Source of the DNA: Betaproteobacteria bacterium
GTDB lineage: Bacteria; Pseudomonadota; Gammaproteobacteria; Burkholderiales; SG8-41
Direction of reading: 5' to 3'
Assembly (NCBI GenBank): GCA_028292225.1
Contig: JAQGMV010000106.1
Location: forward strand, 16,494 to 80,493
Length of the DNA stretch: 64,000 bases
Below are positions 53,958-63,087 of this stretch, piece after piece. Under the pieces are notes generated by a model. That model had not been told where the DNA came from. It was given only the letters and a program-made list of their open reading frames with translations, and did no database searches. A program made the translations under genes and the position numbers. Numbering within the stretch: the first letter of the stretch is position 1; each line of letters opens with the position of its first letter.

Positions 53958-54537
53958 GCTCGACCGCGTGTTTGCGCACGCACGTGCCGCGATCGTCGAG
54001 CAGACACAGCCGCATGAGGCCGGTAAGGAATACGGTGGTTTCGAGCGCTGCGATCTCGGGCGTGATTCCCTTGCGCAGAGTGCCCTGCTGCTGCGCTTCG
54101 GCATAGACGCCGAGGAGCTGTTTACGCGCGCGCTCGACCTTGCGCGCGTGCTCGTCGAGCTCGCCTTCGAGCGCGCCCACGTACTCGCACTTGAAGTTCA
54201 TCACCGAGAAGGTCATCCGCGTGCGGCTGTCTTCGTCGACCGTCCGGAAGATGTCGAGCAGAAAACGCTCGACGCGCTCGAGCGGGTCACCCGAACGGTC
54301 ACACAGCAGAGTGAAATCGGCGCGATCGACGAGCGGCAGCGAGACGTCTTCACGGATCGCCGAAAGCACCGCGTGCTTGTCGGTGAAGTGATGATAGATC
54401 GCGCCTCGCGTCACGCCCGCGGCCTCGGCGATATGCTCAAGCGTGGTGCTCGCGATTCCGCGCGTGTTGAACGTGCGCAGCGCCGCGGCCATGATGCTGC
54501 GGCGGGTCTGCTCGGCTTCCTCCTTGGTACGTCTCAT
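53911..54537 (-). CDS. TetR/AcrR-family transcriptional repressor
   Basis: The N-terminal HTH is EQTRRSIMAAALRTFNTRGIASTTLEHIAEAAGVTRGAIYHHFTDKHAV. 208 aa, divergent from an RND efflux operon. Its 3' end overlaps the convergent PepSY gene by 47 nt. Confidence 0.9.
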   Translation of the reverse strand: MRRTKEEAEQTRRSIMAAALRTFNTRGIASTTLEHIAEAAGVTRGAIYHHFTDKHAVLSAIREDVSLPLVDRADFTLLCDRSGDPLERVERFLLDIFRTVDEDSRTRMTFSVMNFKCEYVGALEGELDEHARKVERARKQLLGVYAEAQQQGTLRKGITPEIAALETTVFLTGLMRLCLLDDRGTCVRKHAVELIAAHVAGRRAPTKK

Positions 54538-54598
54538 GCTACGTGTTGCGCCTCTTTCGGTCGCCCGCCGGGGCTGTCGTCACGATTCCCGCCGGCCG

Positions 54599-54626
54599 TT
54601 TACATACATCCATGATTGTATATAAT
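54599..54626 (+). promoter_or_regulatory. sigma-70 promoter of the RND operon with overlapping imperfect palindrome (probable TetR operator)
   Basis: TTTACA (54599-54604), a 16-nt spacer, then a perfect TATAAT (54621-54626). The spacer/-10 region TACATACATCCAT / ATGATTGTATATA is an imperfect inverted repeat (10 of 13 positions). It is unusually AT-rich for this genome. Confidence 0.6.
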
Positions 54627-54663
54627 GACGCCTTCCCCGTCGATGACTTTGAATACCTTGCGC

Positions 54664-55884
54664 ATGCACACCACTCATAAGAAACATACGTCGTTCGTAA
54701 TAGCGGGCACGATCGGCGTCCTGCTCCTGGCTGCATGCGGCAAGCAACCGGCGGACCCCGCGGGCAAAGGCGCACAAGGTGCCGGCGGACCCCCGCCGGC
54801 AATGCCGGTGACGGTGCAGAAGGTCTCGCTCGAGCGGGTGCCGATCGCGCTCGACGCAGTCGGGCAGGCCGAAGGCTCGCGCGAAGTCGAAGTGCGCGCG
54901 CGCGTGGGCGGCATCCTCGAAAAACGCCTGTACACCGAAGGCGCACCCGTGAGCGCCGGCTCTACCCTCTTCGTGATCGACCGCGCGCCTTACGAGATCG
55001 CGGTGGCCCAGGCCAAGGCTGCGGTATCGCAGGAGCGGGCACGGCTGGAGCAAGCGCAGCGCGAAGCCGAGCGTCTCAAGTCACTCGCGCAGAGCAGGGC
55101 GATCAGTCAGCGCGAGTTCGACGAAGCGGTCTCCGTCGCCAAGCAGTCGAGCGCCGCCATCGAAGGGGCCCAGGCGAAACTCGCGGAAGCGCAGCTCAAT
55201 CTTTCCTATACCAACGTCAAAGCGCCGATCGGCGGAGTCACCGGGCGCGCCCAGAAGTCCGAAGGCAGCCTCGTCATCGCGAACACCGACCTGCTCACCA
55301 CGCTCACCCAGATCAATCCGATCTGGGTGCGCTTCTCGCTCGCCGAAGGCGATTACGAGCGCATACGCGGAGCGGAGAAAACCGCAAAGGTCGAGATCCG
55401 CAGTCAGGACGGCTCGCTCGCGGTCACCAACGGCCGGCTCAACTTCTCGGGCTCCACCGTCGATTCCAAGCTCGGCACGGTTCAACTGCGCGCGGAGTTC
55501 CTGAACCCGACGGGCAAGTGGCTTCCCGGACAATTCGCGAAAGTGCACATCCTCGCCGGCGAGCAGGAGGGCTATCTCGTGCCTCAGGCGGCAGTCGTCC
55601 AGACCGAGCAGGCGAAGCTCGTGTGGGTCGCGGAGGACGGCAAAGCGAACATGCGTCCGGTGCAGACCGCGAACTGGATCGGAAGCAACTGGGTCGTGAC
55701 GGGCGGACTCAAGCCCGGTGACGCCGTCATCACCGACAACCTCATGAAGCTGCGTCCCGGCGCGGCGGTGCAGCCGCACGCTCCCGGCGCCGGTCCTCAA
55801 CAACCGCCTGGCGCAGGTGCGCCCGGCACTGCGCCCGCACCCGGCGCCGCCGACAAAAAAGCGCCCGCCGGCGCATCACGCTGA
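54664..55884 (+). CDS. RND efflux periplasmic adaptor (membrane fusion protein, AcrA/MexA-like lipoprotein)
   Basis: Lipobox VLLLAAC. HlyD-type blocks include VTVQKV, VEVRARVGGIL, GSTLFVIDRAPYE, a coiled coil, LSYTNVKAPIGGVTG and a beta-barrel region. I placed the start at ATG 54664 (MHTTHKKH), downstream of the predicted promoter. ATG 54643 and the TTG 54616 track start are alternatives. Confidence 0.88.
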   Translation: MHTTHKKHTSFVIAGTIGVLLLAACGKQPADPAGKGAQGAGGPPPAMPVTVQKVSLERVPIALDAVGQAEGSREVEVRARVGGILEKRLYTEGAPVSAGSTLFVIDRAPYEIAVAQAKAAVSQERARLEQAQREAERLKSLAQSRAISQREFDEAVSVAKQSSAAIEGAQAKLAEAQLNLSYTNVKAPIGGVTGRAQKSEGSLVIANTDLLTTLTQINPIWVRFSLAEGDYERIRGAEKTAKVEIRSQDGSLAVTNGRLNFSGSTVDSKLGTVQLRAEFLNPTGKWLPGQFAKVHILAGEQEGYLVPQAAVVQTEQAKLVWVAEDGKANMRPVQTANWIGSNWVVTGGLKPGDAVITDNLMKLRPGAAVQPHAPGAGPQQPPGAGAPGTAPAPGAADKKAPAGASR

Positions 55885-55893
55885 GCACGATCC

Positions 55894-58800
55894 ATGGGTA
55901 ATTTCTCCCGCTTCTTCATCGAGCGCCCGATCTTTGCGAGCGTGCTCTCGATCATCATCCTGATCGCAGGCCTGGTCTCGGCGTTCGGTCTTCCGATCTC
56001 TCAATATCCCGAGATCGCGCCGCCGACGGTCACGATCAGCGCAAGCTATCCCGGAGCCAGCGCAGAGACGCTCGCGAAGACTGTCGCCGCGCCTATCGAA
56101 GAGCAGCTCTCCGGTGTCGAGAACCTGATCTATTTCAGCTCGAGCGCCGCCGCCGACGGCACAGTCGCGATCACCGCGACTTTCGAAGTCGGCACCGACG
56201 TCGACAAAGCGGTGTTCCAGTTGAACAACCGGGTTCAGCTCGCGCTGCCGCGCCTGCCCGACGAGGTCCGCCGCAACGGCGTGATCGTACAGAAGCGCTC
56301 GAACGACATCCTGCTCGTCATCGGGATGCAATCGCCGAGCGGCAAGCGCGACACGACCTTTCTCGCGAACTACGCGACGGTCAACATCATCGACGAGCTG
56401 AAGCGCATTCCCGGCGTCGGCGACGTCACGCTTTTCGGCTCCGGCTACTCGATGCGGATCTGGCTGCAGCCCGACAGGATGGCGCGCCTCGGCGTGACGC
56501 CGACCGACGTCGCGAACGCGATCCGGGCCCAGAACGCGCAATACGCCGCGGGTAAAGTCGGTGCAGAGCCGGCGCCCACCGGCCAGGCGCTGAACTACAC
56601 CGTCACCGCCCGAGGACGCCTGCTGAATCCTGAAGAGTTCGGCGAGATCGTCGTTCGCGCCGGCGGCACAAGCGGCGTGCTGCGAATCAAGGACGTCGCG
56701 CGAGTCGAGCTCGGCGCTCAAAGCTACGACACGTCCACCACTGTGGACGGCAACCCCGCAGCGGGTCTGGCCGTATTCCTGCAGACCGGCGCCAACGCGC
56801 TCGACGTCGCTGCCGCGGTCAAGCGGCGGATGGTCGAGCTCAAGCAGGCGTTCCCTCCGGACACCGACTACCTCATCCCGTTCGACACTACGCGCGTGGT
56901 CGACGCCTCGATCCACGAAGTCGTGGTCACGATCGCCGTCGCCGCAGTCCTCGTCATCCTGGTGGTTTTCGTCTTCCTGCAGCACTGGCGGGCGACGCTC
57001 ATTCCCGTGATGGCGGTTCCGGTTTCGCTCATCGGCACTTTCGCCGGCCTTTACGTTCTCGGTTTTTCCATCAACACGCTGACGCTCTTCGCGATGGTGC
57101 TCTCGATCGGCATCGTCGTGGACGACGCGATCGTGGTGCTGGAGAACGTCGAGCGCCTGATGCGCGACGAGCACATGTCCGCCAAGCAGGCGTCGATCGA
57201 GGCGATGCGCGAAGTCTCGGGTGCGGTGCTCGCGATCGTGCTCGTGCTGTGCGCGGTGTTCATTCCCGTTGCGTTCCTCGGCGGTATCGCGGGTGTGCTG
57301 TACCGGCAGTTCGCGGTGACCGTCGCGATATCGGTGGTCATCTCGGGCGTGGTGGCGCTGACGCTCACGCCGGCGCTGTGTGCGCTCCTGTTGAAGCCGG
57401 GCGACCACGAGTCGCGCATCTTCCGCCCTTTCAATAAAGGTTTTGCCAAGCTGACCGACGCGTTTCTGCGCTGGGTCCATCGCACCCTCGTCCATCGCGT
57501 GATCGCAGGCCTCGTTTTCCTCGGGCTCATCGGCGTCATCGTGCTGCTGATGACCCTGGTGCCCACCAGCTTCGTGCCGCAGGAAGACCAGGGCTACATC
57601 ATCAGCTCGATCATGCTGCCCGACGCAGCGACCCTCCAGCGCACCGCGAAAACCGGCGCGCAGCTCCAGCAGCGGCTCGCGAAAGACCCGGTGATCGACC
57701 ACATGTTCGTCGCCCCCGGCCGCGACTTCATCGGCGGCGGCAATAAATCGAATGCGGGGACCAGCTTCATCCTTCTCAAGCACTGGGACGAGCGCACGAA
57801 GACCGCGCCGCAGCTCGCCGCGGAAGTGATGAAGATGGGATTCACCTTCCCCGACGGTATCGTCCTCGCGTTCAATCCGCCGGCGATCCGGGGTCTCGGC
57901 TCCGCGGGCGGCTTCGAAGTTTACGTGCAGGCGCGCGGCGATTCGGATCCACGGCGTCTCGCCGCCGCGCTGCAGGGCTTCACCGCCGCCATGAGCAAGC
58001 ACCCATCGCTTCAGGGCATCAACACCTTCTTCCGCCCCACCGTGCCGCAGATCCTGGTCGACGTGAACCGCGAGCAGGCAATGTCGCTCGGCGTGCCGGT
58101 GTCGGACGTTTTCGACGCGCTGCAGAGCACGATGGGACCGCTGTACGTGAACGACTTCAACATGTCGGGGCGCACTTATCGCGTGCAGCTTCAGGCCGAT
58201 GCGCCGTATCGCGCACAGCCCGACGACGTGGGGCAGGTCTACGTCCGCTCGAACACGACGAACGAAATGATTCCGCTCAAAGCGCTGATCCGCATGACCA
58301 GCGTCACCGGCCCCGAGCAGGTCGAGCGCTATAACGGCTTTCTCTCGGCGAAGGTGCTGGGCAGCGGCAAGCCGGGCGTGAGCTCGGGTCAGGCGATCGC
58401 GGCGGTCGAGCAGGTTGCCGCGCAGACGCTGCCGCCCGGTTACACGATCTCGTGGACCGGCCAGGCTTTTCAGGAGAAGCGCACCGGCAGCGCGTCGATT
58501 TTCGCGTTCGGTTTCGCGATCGTGATGGTGTACCTGATCCTCGCCGCGCTCTACGAGCGCTGGCGTCTCCCGGGTGCAGTCGTGCTCGCCGTGCCTTTTG
58601 CGGTCGCGGGCGCCCTGCTCCTCGTGTGGATGCGTGGAATGGAAAACGACATTTATTTCCAGATCGGACTGGTCGTGCTGATCGGTCTTGCGGCGAAGAA
58701 TGCGATTCTGATCGTGGAGTTCGCTCAGCAGGGCCTGCTCGCAGGGATGACGCCGATCGATGCGGCGCTGCAGGCAGCACGGCTGCGCTTCCGCCCGATC

Positions 58801-59034
58801 GTGATGACTTCGCTCGCTTTCGTCCTCGGGGTGCTTCCGCTCGCGGTCGCGTCGGGTGCAGGCGCAGGCGCGCGCCGCTCGATGGGAACCGGCGTCGTCG
58901 GCGGCATGCTCGCCGCGACGTTCATCGCGACGGTGTTCGTGCCCCTGTTCTTCGTGCTGCTCGCGCGGCGCCAGAAGATGGGGGAGAAAGCGCCGCCGGA
59001 GCCTGAAGGCGAAGTCGCGAGGGAGCTGCCATGA
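55894..59034 (+). CDS. RND multidrug efflux permease (HAE1 family, AcrB/MexB-like)
   Basis: MGNFSRFFIERPIFASVLSIIILIAGL, 1046 aa with a 12-TM layout and two large periplasmic loops. VDDAIVVLENVER and GLAAKNAILIVEFA are the conserved TM4 and TM10 region motifs. Confidence 0.95.
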   Translation: MGNFSRFFIERPIFASVLSIIILIAGLVSAFGLPISQYPEIAPPTVTISASYPGASAETLAKTVAAPIEEQLSGVENLIYFSSSAAADGTVAITATFEVGTDVDKAVFQLNNRVQLALPRLPDEVRRNGVIVQKRSNDILLVIGMQSPSGKRDTTFLANYATVNIIDELKRIPGVGDVTLFGSGYSMRIWLQPDRMARLGVTPTDVANAIRAQNAQYAAGKVGAEPAPTGQALNYTVTARGRLLNPEEFGEIVVRAGGTSGVLRIKDVARVELGAQSYDTSTTVDGNPAAGLAVFLQTGANALDVAAAVKRRMVELKQAFPPDTDYLIPFDTTRVVDASIHEVVVTIAVAAVLVILVVFVFLQHWRATLIPVMAVPVSLIGTFAGLYVLGFSINTLTLFAMVLSIGIVVDDAIVVLENVERLMRDEHMSAKQASIEAMREVSGAVLAIVLVLCAVFIPVAFLGGIAGVLYRQFAVTVAISVVISGVVALTLTPALCALLLKPGDHESRIFRPFNKGFAKLTDAFLRWVHRTLVHRVIAGLVFLGLIGVIVLLMTLVPTSFVPQEDQGYIISSIMLPDAATLQRTAKTGAQLQQRLAKDPVIDHMFVAPGRDFIGGGNKSNAGTSFILLKHWDERTKTAPQLAAEVMKMGFTFPDGIVLAFNPPAIRGLGSAGGFEVYVQARGDSDPRRLAAALQGFTAAMSKHPSLQGINTFFRPTVPQILVDVNREQAMSLGVPVSDVFDALQSTMGPLYVNDFNMSGRTYRVQLQADAPYRAQPDDVGQVYVRSNTTNEMIPLKALIRMTSVTGPEQVERYNGFLSAKVLGSGKPGVSSGQAIAAVEQVAAQTLPPGYTISWTGQAFQEKRTGSASIFAFGFAIVMVYLILAALYERWRLPGAVVLAVPFAVAGALLLVWMRGMENDIYFQIGLVVLIGLAAKNAILIVEFAQQGLLAGMTPIDAALQAARLRFRPIVMTSLAFVLGVLPLAVASGAGAGARRSMGTGVVGGMLAATFIATVFVPLFFVLLARRQKMGEKAPPEPEGEVARELP

Positions 59035-60422
59035 AGTCAGCCGCATTGACTGCCGTCGTCGCACTCGCGCTTTCCGGCTGCATGCTCCTCGGCCCGAACT
59101 ACAAGCGCCCGGCGGTGAACGTACCCGGAGCGTATCCGGAGGCGAGCACCGAAGGCGCTCTCACCGTACCCGCCGACTGGTGGCGGCTCTACAAGGACCC
59201 GACGCTCGATCAGCTCGTCACGACGGGTCTGCAGAAGAACGCCGATCTCAAGCTCGCGATCGCGCGCATGGCTGAAGCCGAAGCGGTGGTGCGTGAAGCG
59301 AACACGACGTTCCTCCCCGAGATCGACGGCAATGCCGGCGCCAGCCGCTCGCAGTCGAGCACCCGCACCGGCACCCTCCCCCCCGGCTCGGCCGCGATAC
59401 GCAACAATTTCGCGCTATCGGCGAACACCTCCTTCGAGCTCGACTTCTGGGGGCGCCTGCGGCGCGGGCGCGAAGCCGCGAGCGCGCAATATCTGAGCAG
59501 CCGCTACGGCCGCGACGTCGTCGCGCTCACGCTCGCGGCAGGCATCTCGCAGTCGTATTTCACCGTGCGCGGGCTCGATGCGCAGATCCTCGTCTCGCAG
59601 GAGACGCTCGCTGCCGCTGAAGACTCGCTGGACATCGCGCGTAAGCGCGCGGACGCCGGCGTCACTTCGGACCTCGACGTCAACCAGGCCGATGCCAATC
59701 GGGCGCAGATCGCCGCGCAGATCAAGGATCTGCGGCGTTTTCGCGCAGTCGCGGTTCACCAGCTCGGGCTGCTCAGCGGCGTGCTCGACGTGCAGATTGC
59801 CGAAGGTGACGTGTGGAAGCTTCCCGTGCCGCCGCTGCCGCCTGCGGGACTGCCTTCGACGCTGCTCGAGCGCAGACCTGACGTGCGCGAAGCGGAAGCG
59901 ACGCTGGTATCCGCAAATGCGCTCATCGGCGTCTCGCGTGCGGCGCAGTTTCCGACCTTGAGTCTTACCGCCGCGCTCGGTGCGCAGAGCAGGGAGCTCA
60001 CCACCCTGTTTTCGGCGGGCGCAGGGGTCTGGTCGATCGGCCTCGGCGTCGTCGGGCCTATCCTCGACTGGGGACGGTACGCCGCACGCACGCAGCAGGC
60101 CGAAGCCCGCGCGAACCAGGCCGCCGCAATTTACGAGAAGACGGCGCAGACCGCGTTTCGTGAAGTCTCCGATGCGCTGTCGAACGTGAGGTTCGCCGCC
60201 GACACCGAGCGCGATCTTCGCGCGCGCGTCGACCAGTCGACCAACACGCTGCGGCTTGCCAACATGCGCTACCGCTCGGGCTACTCGGCGTATCTCGAAG
60301 TGCTCGACGCACAGCGCACGCTCAACGACGCACAACTCGCCCTCGCGCGCAATCGGCAGGCATACCTGAGCTTCACCGTCGACCTGATGAATTCGCTCGG
60401 CGGGGGCTGGCAGCCCTACTGA
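59031..60422 (+). CDS. outer-membrane efflux lipoprotein (NodT/OprM family)
   Basis: The ATG overlaps the permease stop (ATGA). Lipobox LALSGC, then GPNYKRP, WWRLYKDPTLDQLV, and duplicated TolC-type repeats ending in SLGGGW. Confidence 0.92.
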   Translation: MKSAALTAVVALALSGCMLLGPNYKRPAVNVPGAYPEASTEGALTVPADWWRLYKDPTLDQLVTTGLQKNADLKLAIARMAEAEAVVREANTTFLPEIDGNAGASRSQSSTRTGTLPPGSAAIRNNFALSANTSFELDFWGRLRRGREAASAQYLSSRYGRDVVALTLAAGISQSYFTVRGLDAQILVSQETLAAAEDSLDIARKRADAGVTSDLDVNQADANRAQIAAQIKDLRRFRAVAVHQLGLLSGVLDVQIAEGDVWKLPVPPLPPAGLPSTLLERRPDVREAEATLVSANALIGVSRAAQFPTLSLTAALGAQSRELTTLFSAGAGVWSIGLGVVGPILDWGRYAARTQQAEARANQAAAIYEKTAQTAFREVSDALSNVRFAADTERDLRARVDQSTNTLRLANMRYRSGYSAYLEVLDAQRTLNDAQLALARNRQAYLSFTVDLMNSLGGGWQPY

Positions 60423-60440
60423 CGCCGCCTCCTCAATCCC

Positions 60441-60478
60441 CCTGTTAACATGTGTGGATAACGCACATGTTCAACAGG
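60441..60478. promoter_or_regulatory. AT-rich 14/15-bp inverted repeat (terminator of the RND operon and/or operator over the next gene's RBS)
   Basis: CCTGTTAACATGTG-TGGATAACG-CACATGTTCAACAGG. The arms are complementary except for one extra base. It starts 19 nt after the OMF stop, and its right arm runs into the AGGAGGA Shine-Dalgarno of the gene starting at 60483. Confidence 0.55.
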
Positions 60479-60482
60479 AGGA

Positions 60483-61682
60483 ATGGTGGGACAACAAGAT
60501 AAAGCAGCAATCCTCGCAAGCCTTCCGGTCCGTCCGGACGAGGACCCTTTCATCGTCGCGACCGGCGGCTTCTATCGCCGCTGGTTTAACCTGCTCGACG
60601 ATCTCCAGCCGCTGCTCGACACGGTGAAGAAGCTCGAAGGCACCGAAGACGAGATGTGGGTGCCGGCGTGGAGCGCGGTCGCGCAACGCTTCGAGAAAGA
60701 AGCCGGCGATGCGCTGTCGCGCAACGACAAGCCGGCGGCGCGCCGCGCTTTTCTCGAAGCGAAGACCTATTACAGCCTCGCGCGCTTTCCCGCGCCGTAT
60801 CGCTCGGGCTCCCCGATCTGCCCTGCCGACATGGGCCCGCTCAAGACACAGGCCTACGAGAACTACCTGCGGTGTTTCAGCCGCGCGGCCGAGTTCCTCG
60901 AGAACCCGCCGCAAACGCTGCGCATCGCGCGAGGCGAGTACGAAGCGTCCGGCCACCTGCGCCTGCCCAAAGGCGCGTCCGCCGGCAATCGCGTTCCCGC
61001 GGTGCTCGTGATGTGCGGCGGCGACATGTACAAGGAAGACCGCGAGAAGTACGCTGAAGGCGCGCTGAAGGAAGGCCTCGCCGCACTCGTGGTCGATGCG
61101 CCCGGCACCGGGCAGACGACCTTCCCGCACGCACCCGAATCCGTCGTCGCGTGGCAGTCCGCACTCGACGAGCTTGCTGAGCGTCCCGAGATCGACGGGT
61201 CGCGGCTGGGCGCCTTCGGCGTGAGTCGCGGCGGCCTTTGGGTGATGCGGCTGGCTGCGACCGATCAGCGCATCAAGGCGCTGATCTCGGTCGCGCCGGG
61301 CGGGGTCGGGTACTGGGGCACTGCGGAGGAGCGTGCGGACCTGCGCAAGCACGTCGACGAGCGCGCGAAGTTCTGGTTCGGCCCCAAAGCGACGCGTCCC
61401 GCGCGCACACCGCTCACCGAGGACGACCAGCGCAAGGAGTTCCTGCGCTGGTCGCTCAAGGACAACGGGCTATTGCAGAACCTGACCATGCCGATGCTCT
61501 TGATCAACGGCAAGCAGGACCACCTGACGCCGATCGGGAATCTGTATCTCGCGCTCGAAAGCGGCCCGGCTACGGGGCGTCTCGCGCGCGTCTATCCCGA
61601 CGACGGCCACATCGCCGCGAAGAACGAGCGCGAGTGGGGGCCTGCGGCGTGGAAGTGGCTGCGGGAAACGCTTACCAGTTAA
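60483..61682 (+). CDS. alpha/beta hydrolase (FrsA-like esterase architecture)
   Basis: Helical N-terminal cap, PAVLVMCGGDMYKED, nucleophile elbow GAFGVSRGG, LLINGKQDHLTP and a catalytic His near DDGHIA. 399 aa. Confidence 0.7.
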   Translation: MVGQQDKAAILASLPVRPDEDPFIVATGGFYRRWFNLLDDLQPLLDTVKKLEGTEDEMWVPAWSAVAQRFEKEAGDALSRNDKPAARRAFLEAKTYYSLARFPAPYRSGSPICPADMGPLKTQAYENYLRCFSRAAEFLENPPQTLRIARGEYEASGHLRLPKGASAGNRVPAVLVMCGGDMYKEDREKYAEGALKEGLAALVVDAPGTGQTTFPHAPESVVAWQSALDELAERPEIDGSRLGAFGVSRGGLWVMRLAATDQRIKALISVAPGGVGYWGTAEERADLRKHVDERAKFWFGPKATRPARTPLTEDDQRKEFLRWSLKDNGLLQNLTMPMLLINGKQDHLTPIGNLYLALESGPATGRLARVYPDDGHIAAKNEREWGPAAWKWLRETLTS

Positions 61683-61766
61683 TGCGGAATGATGAACGCG
61701 AAACGCGGAATGTACTTCGCGTTGGCGGCGGGGTACCATTCCTCATTCATCATTTCGCATTCATCA
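61681..61766. repeat. REP-like element, family B
   Basis: AATGCGGAATGATGAA (61681-61696) pairs with TTCATCATTTCGCATT (61748-61763) with 1 mismatch. An inner pair is ACGCGAA / TTCGCGT. It lies between convergent stops and shares its core with 46063-46153. Confidence 0.7.
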
Positions 61767-61789
61767 ATTGAGCGCCAGCCCCGCAGTGC

Positions 61790-62257
61790 TTACGTTCCCG
61801 CGTGCGGGACGTGCGGGTTGATCGATTCCGCCACGCCGATCTGCGTGAGCGTGTAGCCGGGGCGGATCGAGAAGAACAACGCGATGAGCGCGGTTCCGAG
61901 ATAGACCCAGGAGTTGTACAAGCCGTGCAGCGGCACGGTGCCCCACAGGGTCCTGATGGCGCTCACCGGGACGAGCCCCGCGACACCGAGCAGCAGAAAT
62001 ACCACGCAGCTGCCTCGCGCGAAAATCAGTGCCGAGTAGCGGTTGTTCGCCGACATCACACCCCACAGGCCGACGACCATGTGCACCATGCTCAGCATGA
62101 TGTTCACGACGAACACGCCGAAGAGGCTCGCGTAGAACACGCGGATGCTGAGTGCCGGCCCGCTCGGCGGCCGTTCCCACAACGCCGGCACGAAACCGAG
62201 TATGCCGAGCGCGAGATAGGCCCCCCCGAACAGCGCGGCGTAGGTGCGTGCGGTCAT
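61790..62257 (-). CDS. DUF4383-like small membrane protein
   Basis: Four TM helices. The N-terminus MTARTYAALFGGAYLALGILGFVP and a later NIMLSMVHMVVGLWG match my recollection of DUF4383 (xxxGxxxLxxGxxGF...N..HxxxG). Confidence 0.6.
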   Translation of the reverse strand: MTARTYAALFGGAYLALGILGFVPALWERPPSGPALSIRVFYASLFGVFVVNIMLSMVHMVVGLWGVMSANNRYSALIFARGSCVVFLLLGVAGLVPVSAIRTLWGTVPLHGLYNSWVYLGTALIALFFSIRPGYTLTQIGVAESINPHVPHAGT

Positions 62258-62301
62258 ACGTCCTCCGGATCAGTGATCGCCACGTCAGGCATTTGTTGTG
62301 C

Positions 62302-63087
62302 CTACCGGACTCGGTTGAGGAAAGCGGTGATCGCCTGGTTGAACGCTTCAGGCTGCTCGACGTTCGACAGATGCGCGGCCGACGGGATGATGACGAGTTC
62401 GGCGCCCGGCAGGTTCGCCTGGATCTGCCGCGCCATCTCCGGCGGCGTGCCGTGATCCTGCTCGCCGACGATGACGAGCGTCGGGCACTCGATCTCTTTC
62501 AGCCGGTCGAGCACGTCGATTTTCGCAATCGCGTCGCAGCTTCCAGCGAAGCCTTCGACCGGCGTGCTGGTGATGTCGCGCCCGATCTTTTCCATGACGT
62601 CCTTGTGCGCGTCGCGGTAAGGATCGGTGAACCAGCGGCTGAGCGTGCCTGCACGCACGCCTTCCATGCCTTTTTCGCGGGCGATTTTCACGCGCTCGCC
62701 CCACATCTGCTCGGCATTCGGCGGCCGGCGGCTCGTCGTGTCGGCGAGCACCATGCTCTGGAAAAAGCCCGGGTATTTCAGCGCGAAGGTCTCGCCGATC
62801 ATGCCGCCCATCGAAAGACCGATCCAGTGCGTGCGCTTTATGCCGAGCGCATCGAAAAGCGCTTTCGCGTCATCCGCCATCTGCTCGAGCGTATAGGGTC
62901 CCGGAGGCGCGCTGCTTCCGCCGTGGCCTCGCGTGTCGTAGCGCAACACCTTGAAGTTGCGGCTGAGCAGCTTCGCCTGCTCGTCCCACATCGACAGGTT
63001 GCAGGCAAGTGAATGCGACAGGGTCACCCATGGGCCTTCGCCTTCGACGGTGTAGCTGGTCTCGATGCCGTTGGTCTCGATTTTCAT
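62302..63087 (-). CDS. alpha/beta hydrolase, 3-oxoadipate enol-lactonase (PcaD)-like
   Basis: WVTLSHSLACN, YDTRGHGGS, nucleophile elbow WIGLSMGG, VIVGEQDHGTP and SAAHLSNVEQPEAF. Strong SD AAGGAGG precedes ATG 63087. The track ORF is over-extended to 63270. Confidence 0.8.
   Translation of the reverse strand: MKIETNGIETSYTVEGEGPWVTLSHSLACNLSMWDEQAKLLSRNFKVLRYDTRGHGGSSAPPGPYTLEQMADDAKALFDALGIKRTHWIGLSMGGMIGETFALKYPGFFQSMVLADTTSRRPPNAEQMWGERVKIAREKGMEGVRAGTLSRWFTDPYRDAHKDVMEKIGRDITSTPVEGFAGSCDAIAKIDVLDRLKEIECPTLVIVGEQDHGTPPEMARQIQANLPGAELVIIPSAAHLSNVEQPEAFNQAITAFLNRVR

Noticed and set aside
55876-59064. 1062-aa ORF antisense to the RND permease gene. Similar very long antisense or out-of-frame ORFs occur at 27492..30191, 10360..12348, 34636..37272, 13621..14937, 8747..9784, 49139..50218, 59415..60335 and elsewhere.
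   Set aside because: Their translations are Arg/Ala/Gly/His-rich low-complexity strings with no motifs. Each is exactly antisense to a gene with strong family motifs. Long stop-free antisense frames are expected in GC-rich DNA.
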